Positions 46,074-54,942 of a DNA stretch of 64,000 nucleotides are shown piece by piece. The notes under the pieces were generated by a model, which did not search any database, had not been told where the DNA came from, and was given only the letters and a program-made list of their open reading frames with translations. The position numbers and the translations under genes were made by a program. This DNA comes from Clostridia bacterium (GTDB lineage Bacteria; Bacillota; Clostridia; TANB77; CAG-508): NCBI GenBank assembly GCA_017510245.1, contig JAFWNQ010000013.1:82720-146719 (forward strand). Reading direction: 5' to 3'. The first letter of the stretch is position 1. Every line of letters begins with the position of its first letter.

Positions 46074-47349
46074 ATGAAAAACTTAAGAAAAAATAAAGAA
46101 TTAGGAATAACATTAATAGCATTAGTTGTAACAATTATTGTAATACTAATTTTAGCAGGTGTAACAATTAGTATGGCTTTAGGAAGTGAAGGACTGATTC
46201 AAAGAACAAAAGATGTTAGTACTAAAACAGAAATAGCAAAAGAAAAAGAAATATTAGGTTTAGCAGTAAGTGGAGCAATGACTAATAAATATGGAGAAAT
46301 AGATGAAGATGCTTTTATAACCGAGTTAGAAAATAATAATGCTAGAGCTATTAAAATGGGCAGTAAGTATAAAGTAACATTTCCAAGTGAAAGACAATAT
46401 ATAGTTAATCAATCAGGAAATGTTAAAGAAAAGAATTCAAATGTACTAGAAATTGAAGAATTAAATGAAAATGGTAGTACATATTTTGGATGGGATGTAA
46501 TAAACTATGCTGAAACATTACCATCAAATCTGCAAGATACAAAATGGCAATTGTTTTATGCAGGAGCATTAGACGGAGAAACAGAAGAAAGGATTTATTT
46601 AATTTCAAAAGAATATGTAAAGAATTCTGTATTGCCAGCTGTAATAAAAAATGGGGCTGAAATAGAGACGGCAAAACCTATTTCAGGAAACAATGAATAT
46701 AAAGCCTGCTTTGGAAACAACACAAGTGATGGGATAATGCCACATTATGTAGGATCTGCTGATATATCAACTGAGATTAAAAAATACAATAAAGACTATT
46801 TTAAAGATTATACAAGTGCATCTCCAAATATGAAAGCTGTAGCATATATGCTAGATACTACTACATGGAGTGCATTTGCAACAAGTACGAAAAGCTATGC
46901 AGAATATGCAATGGGTGGACCATCTATAGAATTATTTCTTATAGCTTATAATAAATATTCAGGGACAAATTATAAATCAGATGCAGTATCAAACAAGGGA
47001 TACCAAGTAAGTGAAACTCCTAGTAGTACTTTTAATAATTCGATGACTATGGGGATAATTCCAGATGTCACAACTGGAGAAAAGCTAGAAGATAATCCTT
47101 TTTCTGTATCAAGTATAAGAGATGTAGCCGATGGATATTGGCTAGCTTCTCCATCAAATGCAAATTCAAATATTATAATGTTTATAACGAACAGAGGAGA
47201 TATTTTTACTTTTTTAAATTGGTATAATCGAGAATATAGTTATGCAGGATTCCGGATTTCGTCCTATAGTTCTATTAGATTCAAACTTTTCATTAGAAAA
47301 GGCAAAAGATTCAAATGGAAATGATGCATTTAAAATTGTAAATCTGTAA
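46074..47349 (+). pseudogene. cassette gene 3: pseudopilin-like leader + YWLASPS...GFRPIV-type ectodomain, frameshift near the 3' end
   Basis: ELGITLIALVVTIIVILILAGVTI leader. The track ORF ends at 47324. A second frame (47218-47349) reads ..DSGFRPIVLLDSNFSLEKAKDSNGNDAFKIVNL. A quasi-duplicated heptamer GGATTCC/GGATTTC sits at 47247-47260. Confidence 0.7.
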
Positions 47350-47440
47350 AAATATTATAAGAATTATTCTATAAAACCTATAATTGTAATACTGTTAATA
47401 GAATCTTTTTGGCAATAATTAAAGTACATATAGCACTAAA

Positions 47441-47539
47441 TCGTTAAGCATTTTTACCGAGAAGTGGGAGCTATATTTAGCTTCCACTTCTCGGTATTTA
47501 TATTATATAATAAGACATATATTGTAACTTCAAAAACTA
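47441..47539. repeat. ~98-nt direct repeat, copy B
   Basis: Same as 45866-45965 with 3 substitutions and a 2-nt difference in the A run. Similarity ends where copy A runs into promoter block P3. Confidence 0.9.
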
Positions 47540-47648
47540 CCGAACAGATGGAATAATCTATGGAATTTAAAATTTTACTGGACAACCTAAAGACTACTTG
47601 AAATAAATATATTAATATGATATAAAACATTTAAAAAAGGAGGAACAA

Positions 47649-48347
47649 ATGAAAATGAAAAGTAATAAGGAAAAAAATGGTTCGGGAATAGTTTTAGTAA
47701 TATTGACGTTTGCAATTATGCTCGTAATAACAGTCTCAATAGTAATCTATTTCATAATTAATTATAAGATTGATCAAGTTGGAGAAAAATATAATACAAT
47801 TGATAATACAGCTATAAATGAAAACACAATTAATGAAGAAGAATTACCAGACAATGAAGATGTAAAAAAAGCAATTAGTGATTTTTTAGAATTGTCGAAT
47901 GCTAGCAGTAATGGATATTTGTTAGAAACTTTAACCCAAAAAGGTCTGTTAAGATATGATTCTTCAAAAGATATAATACTAGATAATGAAAGGGCGACTA
48001 CAAATGTTAAGTTTTCTGATTATAAAAAGGCAATGCTAAATTTTGTTACTGAGACAGAATTTGAAATTGATTGGAAAAATGATCATTTTTCTATTGCCAA
48101 CTTTGAAGAGGATAGTAATGGATATGTAATAAAAAAAACATATAAACGAGGAGATGGAAATTACATTTATACAATAAATAACATCAGAGTAGATTCTATT
48201 AATAGAAAGAATGAACTTACTTATTATGTGGAGTCATCTTACGTTTCAAAAAATGATAACCAAGCAAAGAATGATAGCTTTTGGATTCATATATCAATTG
48301 TAAATGGAAAATGCCTTATAGATGGAAAAAAGATGTATATTGACTAG
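47649..48347 (+). CDS. membrane-anchored hypothetical protein
   Basis: 232 aa; N-terminal TM (GIVLVILTFAIMLVITVSIVIYFII). Strong RBS AAAGGAGG. No motif recognised. Confidence 0.6.
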   Translation: MKMKSNKEKNGSGIVLVILTFAIMLVITVSIVIYFIINYKIDQVGEKYNTIDNTAINENTINEEELPDNEDVKKAISDFLELSNASSNGYLLETLTQKGLLRYDSSKDIILDNERATTNVKFSDYKKAMLNFVTETEFEIDWKNDHFSIANFEEDSNGYVIKKTYKRGDGNYIYTINNIRVDSINRKNELTYYVESSYVSKNDNQAKNDSFWIHISIVNGKCLIDGKKMYID

Positions 48348-48391
48348 ATTGAATAATAAGTGAAAAAACATAAAATCAAGGAGAGACTTTA

Positions 48392-48982
48392 ATGGAAAAT
48401 GAAATAGTATTTGTGACACATAATAAAGGAAAAATAAAATCAGCTGAGAAGTATTTCAAAAATTTGAAGTTTAAAACATTTAATTATGAATTAGATGAAC
48501 CAAGAAGTGATGATATTAAAGAAATAGCGACAGCTAAAGTTAAGCAAGCATATGAAATAGTGAAAAGACCGTGTATTGCATTAGATACAGATTTTAGAAT
48601 AGATGCTCTTAATGGATTTCCAAGAGCTTTCGTAAATTTTGCATTAGACACCATTGGTATAGAAGGAATTTTAAAATTAATGAAAAATGTAGAAAACAGA
48701 GAATGTGCTTTTAATGAGTGTCTAGCTTACCATGATGGTAAAGAAATACACTATTTTTATGGAAGGCATCCTGGAATAGTATCAAGCTCAATAAAAGGGT
48801 GTGATAGGGTAGAAAAGTGGTCAGACTTGTGGTACATATTTGAACCTAAAGGATTTGAGAAAACTCTGGCTGAGATGAGCAATGATGAAAGAGAAGGAAG
48901 AAGAAAAGTAGATGGCTCAGTTCAGGCGATGAAAGAATTCGCAATTTGGTATGAAGGAGAAAAAAATGGAAAGAAATGCTGA
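48392..48982 (+). CDS. Ham1-family NTP pyrophosphatase, ITPA (archaeal/eukaryotic)-like paralog
   Basis: VFVTHNKGKIKSAE and ALDTDFRIDALNGFPRAFVNF. This resembles the ITPA-type EDT.L.F.AL.G.PG block rather than the RdgB DDSGL block. Confidence 0.75.
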   Translation: MENEIVFVTHNKGKIKSAEKYFKNLKFKTFNYELDEPRSDDIKEIATAKVKQAYEIVKRPCIALDTDFRIDALNGFPRAFVNFALDTIGIEGILKLMKNVENRECAFNECLAYHDGKEIHYFYGRHPGIVSSSIKGCDRVEKWSDLWYIFEPKGFEKTLAEMSNDEREGRRKVDGSVQAMKEFAIWYEGEKNGKKC

Positions 48983-51578
48983 AAAAAGAAATAGTATTGA
49001 AAAGACTATTATCGAAGACAGCAAGCTTGAAGTTGATAATCTTTTAAAAAAGTATAAAACATCACTTGAAGGAATAAGTGTTGTTGATGTAGATGAAAAA
49101 ATTGAGGAATATGGGAAAAACATTATAGACATTAAGGATAAGAATACATTGTTACACAAATTGAAAGAAGCTTTTATTAATCCTTTTAATACAGTTTTAA
49201 TGGTTGTAGCAGCAATTACTCTTTTTACAGATGTCATAATTTCGACACAAAAGGATTACGCAACTTTTCTTTTAATCGTAGGAACAGTTTTTATATCAGC
49301 TATGATATCTTTAAGAGAACAAACTAAATCAGATAATGCTGCTAAAAAACTAAAAAAGATGATTAGCAATAAGATGGAAGTTATTAGAGATGGAAATCAA
49401 GTAACTATAGACATGGAAAATGTGGTTCCTGGAGATATTGTAAAGCTATCTTCTGGAGATATGATTCCTGGAGATATTAGATTTATAGAAACAAAAGACT
49501 TGTTCATAGATCAAGCTTCTCTTACAGGTGAGTCAAATCCTGTAGAAAAGTTTAGTGTTCTTAAAGATTATGAAACTGTTACTGACATTTCTAATATAGG
49601 ATTTATGGGAACAAACATAGTTAGTGGAAGTAGTATGGCAGTAGTGTTAACTACAGGAAATAATACTTACTTTGGCAGTATGGCGAAATCATTATATAGT
49701 GTAAAGGAAAAAAACAGCTTTGAACAAGGAATTGATGACATTAGTAAACTATTAATTAAATTTATGGTAGTATTAGTTCCAATAATTTTATTTGTAAACA
49801 TTTTTACCACTGGAAAAATATTAGAATCTTTAATATTTGCAATAACAATTGCAGTTGGATTAACACCTGAAATGCTTCCTGTTATTACTACTTCAACACT
49901 TGCAAAAGGCGCGGTTGAAATGTCTAAAAAGAAAACTATAGTAAAAAGACTAAGTGCTATTCAAACTTTTGGACAAATGAATATTTTATGTACAGACAAA
50001 ACAGGAACGCTCACAGAAGATGAGGTTGTATTAGAAAAATATATGGATGTTTATGGCAATGAAAGTTTGAGAATTCTAAGACATGCATTTTTAAATAGCT
50101 ATTTTCAAACTGGATTAAAAAATCTGATAGATATAGCAATTATTAATAGAGCAGAAAAGGAGAATTTAAATATACTTAAGGAAAAGTATAAAAGAGAAGA
50201 CGAGATACCTTTTGACTTTGCTAGAAGAAGAATGAGTGTAGTGCTAAAAGATGAAAATGGAAAAAGACAATTAATTACAAAAGGCGCAGTAGATGAAATA
50301 CTATCAATTTGTTCTTTTGTTGAACAAGATGGAGAAGCAATAGAACTAACAGATGAGCTTAGAGAAAAAGTGTACAAAGTGTATGAGGAAAACAATAATG
50401 ATGGTCTTAGGGTACTTGCAATTGCTCAGAAAAACGAAATACATGATGTAGAAACTTTTGGTGTTCAAGATGAAAGCAATATGGTATTAATTGGATTTGT
50501 TGGATTCTTGGACCCTCCAAAAGAAAGCGCTAAGAAAGCTATTTCAGCTTTAAAAACTCATGGCGTAGATACAATTGTACTTACTGGAGACAGTGAAGGA
50601 GTTGCACTTAAGGTTTGCAAAAAAGTTGGAATACAAGTTACAAATTGCTTAACAGGAAAACAAGTTGATGAATTATCTGATGATGAAATAAAAGAGAAAG
50701 CAATGAGTTGCCATTTGTATTCAAAATTATCTCCATTACAAAAGCAAAGAATAGTAAGAATTTATCAAGAACTTGGAAATACAGTTGGTTATATGGGAGA
50801 TGGAATAAATGATAGTCCTCCATTAAAACAAGCAGATGTTGGAATCTCTGTAGACACAGCAGTTGATATCGCTAAGGAAACAGCAGATATTATTTTGCTA
50901 GAAAAAGACTTGAATGTTTTAGAAGAAGGTGTTATTAATGGAAGAAAGACTTTTACAAATTTGTTAAAATATATAAAAATGGCTACAAGTGGAAATTTTG
51001 GAAATATGTTATCAGTAATTATTGCAAGCATATTTTTGCCATTCCTTCCAATGCTACCAGTACATATATTAATCCAAAATTTATTGAATGATTTTGCACA
51101 AATAGGTATGCCTTTTGATAATGTTGATAAAGAATACTTAAAAAATCCAAAAAACTGGAATACTAAAGGGATAAAAAAGTTTATGTTTGCTTTTGGAAGT
51201 ATTAGCATGATACTTGACATTGCTTGCTTCACTGTTTTATGGTATGTTTTTAAATATAATTCAATTGAGAAAGCTGTAATGTTTCAGAGTGGATGGTTTG
51301 TTTTTGGAATTCTTTCACAAACTTTAATTATTCATATGATAAGAACAAGTAAAATACCATTTATTGAAAGTAAATCATCAAAGCAGTTATTAATATCAAC
51401 TTTTACAATAGTTGTAATAACTTTACTTATATCATTTACTAATGTTGCAACTGTATTTGATTTAAGTAAGTTACCATATAGATATTTAATTTGGATATTT
51501 ATTTTAATGTGTTTGTATGTACTATTTATACAGATATATAAAAAGATTTATATAAGAAATAATAAGGAATGGCTATAA
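48966..51578 (+). CDS. mgtA: magnesium-translocating P-type ATPase
   Basis: DKTGTLTED, GDGINDSPPL, and the MgtA-type C-terminal region LNDFAQIGMPFDNVDKEYLKNPKNW. ATG 48966 follows GAAGGAG and overlaps the end of the upstream gene. Confidence 0.9.
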   Translation: MERNAEKRNSIEKTIIEDSKLEVDNLLKKYKTSLEGISVVDVDEKIEEYGKNIIDIKDKNTLLHKLKEAFINPFNTVLMVVAAITLFTDVIISTQKDYATFLLIVGTVFISAMISLREQTKSDNAAKKLKKMISNKMEVIRDGNQVTIDMENVVPGDIVKLSSGDMIPGDIRFIETKDLFIDQASLTGESNPVEKFSVLKDYETVTDISNIGFMGTNIVSGSSMAVVLTTGNNTYFGSMAKSLYSVKEKNSFEQGIDDISKLLIKFMVVLVPIILFVNIFTTGKILESLIFAITIAVGLTPEMLPVITTSTLAKGAVEMSKKKTIVKRLSAIQTFGQMNILCTDKTGTLTEDEVVLEKYMDVYGNESLRILRHAFLNSYFQTGLKNLIDIAIINRAEKENLNILKEKYKREDEIPFDFARRRMSVVLKDENGKRQLITKGAVDEILSICSFVEQDGEAIELTDELREKVYKVYEENNNDGLRVLAIAQKNEIHDVETFGVQDESNMVLIGFVGFLDPPKESAKKAISALKTHGVDTIVLTGDSEGVALKVCKKVGIQVTNCLTGKQVDELSDDEIKEKAMSCHLYSKLSPLQKQRIVRIYQELGNTVGYMGDGINDSPPLKQADVGISVDTAVDIAKETADIILLEKDLNVLEEGVINGRKTFTNLLKYIKMATSGNFGNMLSVIIASIFLPFLPMLPVHILIQNLLNDFAQIGMPFDNVDKEYLKNPKNWNTKGIKKFMFAFGSISMILDIACFTVLWYVFKYNSIEKAVMFQSGWFVFGILSQTLIIHMIRTSKIPFIESKSSKQLLISTFTIVVITLLISFTNVATVFDLSKLPYRYLIWIFILMCLYVLFIQIYKKIYIRNNKEWL

Positions 51579-51623
51579 ATCACGAAATATTTTTCAGTTA
51601 GATAATTAATAATAAATATATTA

Positions 51624-51645
51624 GGCGACCATAGGTCGCCTTTTT
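51624..51645. terminator. bidirectional terminator
   Basis: GGCGACC-ATA-GGTCGCC followed by a T run, between convergent genes. Confidence 0.7.
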
Positions 51646-51654
51646 CTTATTAGT

Positions 51655-52098
51655 TTATTCATCATCTGTTTCATTATTCGAGTAATGCCATATTAGTATA
51701 ACTGCAAGAATAACTACTACTGCTATTATTAACCACCACCATGTGGTAGTATTCATACCTAAGAATGTATTTGCATCAATTGTTCCAGCTGTAGTGGCAT
51801 GATATTCATTATTAAGGTTTCCTTCTAAAGCGTCATTAACTTCATTATCCATATCATTTATACCTTCACGAACATCATTTGTAATGTTTTCTACGACATT
51901 TGTTACACCATTAATAGCACTCTCAGTTGTACCAGTAACACTATTAGCAACATCTCTAGCAACATTAGTTGTTCCGTTTATTGCCTCTCCAGTTACTCCT
52001 CCTACAATTTCCTCATTAGCAAAGGTTTTAGTTGATAGAAGTATTATTGCTAAAATTGTAAAACTAATAATTGTTGCAAATATTGTTTTCTTATTCAT
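51655..52098 (-). CDS. secreted/membrane protein with short G-V-T-N-type repeats, function unknown
   Basis: Signal peptide; repeats (INGTTNVARDVANSVTGTTESAINGVTNVVENITNDV); C-terminal TM. Confidence 0.55.
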   Translation of the reverse strand: MNKKTIFATIISFTILAIILLSTKTFANEEIVGGVTGEAINGTTNVARDVANSVTGTTESAINGVTNVVENITNDVREGINDMDNEVNDALEGNLNNEYHATTAGTIDANTFLGMNTTTWWWLIIAVVVILAVILIWHYSNNETDDE

Positions 52099-52295
52099 AA
52101 TAACCTCCTACATATTAATTTGAAAAATGAACAATTTGCAATACAATTATTATTTGTTTTTATAAATAAATTATTCACAAAAAATAGTTTTTTATTTTAT
52201 TTTTACAAATTCAACGATTGTTATTTATTTAATTGACAAAATAGCTATTTTCTAATAAAATATATAGCATAATAAACTAGAAAGGAAGATGGATT

Positions 52296-53567
52296 ATGAA
52301 ATTAAGTCAAATTGGAATGGGAACAACAAGATTACAAAATATTGATGAACAATTTCCAGTACAAGACATATTGGTACAATCAGGACAATTAGTTCAATAT
52401 GGTTCTGGAATTTATGGATACCAAAATGTGCCGTTTCTAGTACAAGAGAATATTAAGAAAATAATTGTGGAAGAATTAAATAAAGTTGGATGTACACAAA
52501 TAATACTTCCAACACTACAACCACGCGATTTGTGGGAAAAGTCTAATAGATGGAGTAATTATGTTGATGCAGGTGTAATGCTTACTATTGAAACAGATAA
52601 AGGCGATTTTTGTGTTGCACCTACAGCAGAAGAAGCCGTTGTAGAATTCGCTACTACAAAAGTTAAATCATATAAAGATTTACCGGTGACTTTATATCAG
52701 ATAAGTGAAAAGTTTAGAAATGAACTTAGAGCAAGAGGATTTCTTTTAAGAGGAAAGTGCTTTTTAATGATGGATGCATATAGTTTTGATACTGACGTTG
52801 ATGGACTTGTAAAATCATATGAAAATATTAAAGAAGCATACTTGAAAATTTTTGAAAGACTTGGACTAAAAGCTATTCCTGTTGTTGCTGACAATGGAGA
52901 TATGGGTGGTAAAAAATCTGAAGAGTTTATGTACTTATCTGAACTTGGAGAAGATACAATTCTTTATGATGAAGAAACAGGAATTGGACTTAATATTGAA
53001 ATTTTAGAAAAAGAAAATTATGAGCAATATTTGGAAGAAGAATATGGAATTAAAGATATCTCAAAATTACAGAAAAAAAGAGCGATTGAATTAGGACATA
53101 TTTTTCAACTAGGAGAAAGATACTCTGAAACAATGAATGCTAGTTTTACTGATAAAGATGGAAAAGAAAAGCCATTTGTTATGGGATGCTATGGAATAGG
53201 TGTGAGTAGAGTATTAGCAACCGTTTATGAAGCAAACTTGGTTAAAAATAAAAAAGGATTACCAGCTGGTTCATCTTTGCCAAAAGAGATTGCACCATAC
53301 CCATTACATATTATTTATAAAGAAGACAAAAAAGATATGGCAGGAGAACTCTATGATTATTTAGAAAAGCATGGTATAGAGGCAATAATTGATGATCGTG
53401 AAGGAATTTCTCTTGGAGCAAGAATAGGAGATTGTAATATTCTTGGAACACCTTATCTAACAGTTTTAGGCGATCAGGCTGATAAAGATAGTATAACTGT
53501 AGAGGCTACAAAAAATGGAGAAAAATTCACTCTTAGCAGAGAAAAATTAATTGAGTTTTTAAAATAG
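52296..53567 (+). CDS. proS: proline--tRNA ligase-like class II aaRS, minimal form without INS editing domain
   Basis: YQISEKFRNELRARGFLLRGKCFLMMDAYSF (motif 2 region) and GCYGIGVSR (motif 3). 423 aa. Confidence 0.7.
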   Translation: MKLSQIGMGTTRLQNIDEQFPVQDILVQSGQLVQYGSGIYGYQNVPFLVQENIKKIIVEELNKVGCTQIILPTLQPRDLWEKSNRWSNYVDAGVMLTIETDKGDFCVAPTAEEAVVEFATTKVKSYKDLPVTLYQISEKFRNELRARGFLLRGKCFLMMDAYSFDTDVDGLVKSYENIKEAYLKIFERLGLKAIPVVADNGDMGGKKSEEFMYLSELGEDTILYDEETGIGLNIEILEKENYEQYLEEEYGIKDISKLQKKRAIELGHIFQLGERYSETMNASFTDKDGKEKPFVMGCYGIGVSRVLATVYEANLVKNKKGLPAGSSLPKEIAPYPLHIIYKEDKKDMAGELYDYLEKHGIEAIIDDREGISLGARIGDCNILGTPYLTVLGDQADKDSITVEATKNGEKFTLSREKLIEFLK

Positions 53568-53574
53568 TTATATT

Positions 53575-53627
53575 AGATGGCAAGATTATTAATTATATGT
53601 GTAATTACATCTGCCATCTTGTTTTTT
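53575..53627 (+). terminator. intrinsic terminator
   Basis: AGATGGCA pairs with TGCCATCT, followed by a T run. Confidence 0.65.
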
Positions 53628-53675
53628 ATAATAGTTTTAAATAACTGAAAATCTATTACTTAAAAGGAGAAGAAA

Positions 53676-54911
53676 ATGATAAGTTTTAAAGAGCAGATTA
53701 ATGACATAATGAAATATGGAAGTCCAGTTTATGTATATGATAGAAATACTTTAAAAGATAGATGTGAAAAAATGGCTAAATTCAGAAAGGATATAGAAGA
53801 AAAACTTAAAAATGTAAAAGTTACAATGCATTATTCACCTAAAGCGAATAGTAATCCAGCCATTCTAAAGGAAGTAAAAAATGCTGGTTTGTGCGTTGAC
53901 TGTATGTCTCCACTAGAGTTAAGTCTAAATAAGAAGAGTGGATTTAATAATGAAGATATTATTTATGTATGTAATAATATAGATAAAGAAGAAATGAAAA
54001 TGGTTCATGATGAGGGAATCCTAATTTGTCTAGATTCCATTTCGCAAGTTGAGACCTGGGGACAATTATTTCCAGATACTGATATTATGATTAGATTAAA
54101 TCCAGGAATTGAGGGAGTGGGACATTCAGAAGATGTAATTACCGCTGGAAAAACAACAAAGTTTGGAATTACAGAAGCAAATCTAGATGAACTATTCAAA
54201 ATTGCAGAAAAATATAATCTAAGTATTATTGGTACACATCAACATCTTGGAAGTTTATTTTTAAATAATAAAATTGATGATTTTGTACTAGGAGTAAAAA
54301 CTGGATTAGATATCATTAGAAAACGTTTTAAGGGTGTATCAATTGTTGATTTAGGCGGTGGATTTGGTGTTCCTTATGAGCCAGAAGAGAATGACTTAGA
54401 TTTAGACTTATTAGCCCAAAAGCTTGAACCAGTATTAACTGATTTTGCTGAAAAATATCCTACACTAAAAGAGTTTAAATTTGAACCGGGCAGATTTATT
54501 CCTTGTGAGTCAGGATATTTAATTGGAAGAGTTAATGCAGTAAAACACGAAAATAATATATGGTGGATTGGAACAGACTTAGGAATGAATCAACTTGTAA
54601 GACCTTCTATGTATGAATCTTATCATGAAGTTACTATATTAAGTGAAGAAGGAGAAAAAGAGATTGTTGCAAATATTTGTGGAGATGTATGTGAAGGTGG
54701 AGACATAATTGCTAAAAATCGAAGAGTGATACTACCAGAAGTGGGAGATATAGTAATTGTTCATAATGCTGGAGCTTATGGATATTCAATGGCATCTAAT
54801 TATACAGGTAGACAAAGACCAGCAGAATTAATGATTGATAAGGATGAAATAAAACTCATAAGAAAAAGAGAGACATTAGAGTATTTGGAAGATAATATTA
54901 TCTGGGAATAA
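53676..54911 (+). CDS. lysA: diaminopimelate decarboxylase (Orn/DAP/Arg decarboxylase family 2)
   Basis: YSPKANSN (PLP Lys), HQHLGS, GGGFGVPY, EPGR, CGDVCEGGD. Confidence 0.8.
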   Translation: MISFKEQINDIMKYGSPVYVYDRNTLKDRCEKMAKFRKDIEEKLKNVKVTMHYSPKANSNPAILKEVKNAGLCVDCMSPLELSLNKKSGFNNEDIIYVCNNIDKEEMKMVHDEGILICLDSISQVETWGQLFPDTDIMIRLNPGIEGVGHSEDVITAGKTTKFGITEANLDELFKIAEKYNLSIIGTHQHLGSLFLNNKIDDFVLGVKTGLDIIRKRFKGVSIVDLGGGFGVPYEPEENDLDLDLLAQKLEPVLTDFAEKYPTLKEFKFEPGRFIPCESGYLIGRVNAVKHENNIWWIGTDLGMNQLVRPSMYESYHEVTILSEEGEKEIVANICGDVCEGGDIIAKNRRVILPEVGDIVIVHNAGAYGYSMASNYTGRQRPAELMIDKDEIKLIRKRETLEYLEDNIIWE

Positions 54912-54942
54912 AGAAAATAATTAGTAAAGGAAATTATTAAAA

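Noticed and set aside
40106-47349. Diversity-generating retroelement (DGR) acting on the FGE/C-type-lectin-like C-termini
   Set aside because: C-type-lectin/FGE folds are classic DGR targets, and the 3' ends are where the frameshifts lie. However, there is no reverse transcriptase, no Avd-like gene, and no template repeat. The only shared DNA between gene 1 and the remnant is an 18-nt stretch, not a ~100-nt A-mutated repeat. An RT elsewhere in the genome cannot be excluded.
39641-48347. Prophage or integrative element at the tRNA locus
   Set aside because: No integrase, excisionase, terminase, capsid, tail, replication or conjugation genes are present. Only the tRNA duplication and the repeats suggest past recombination.
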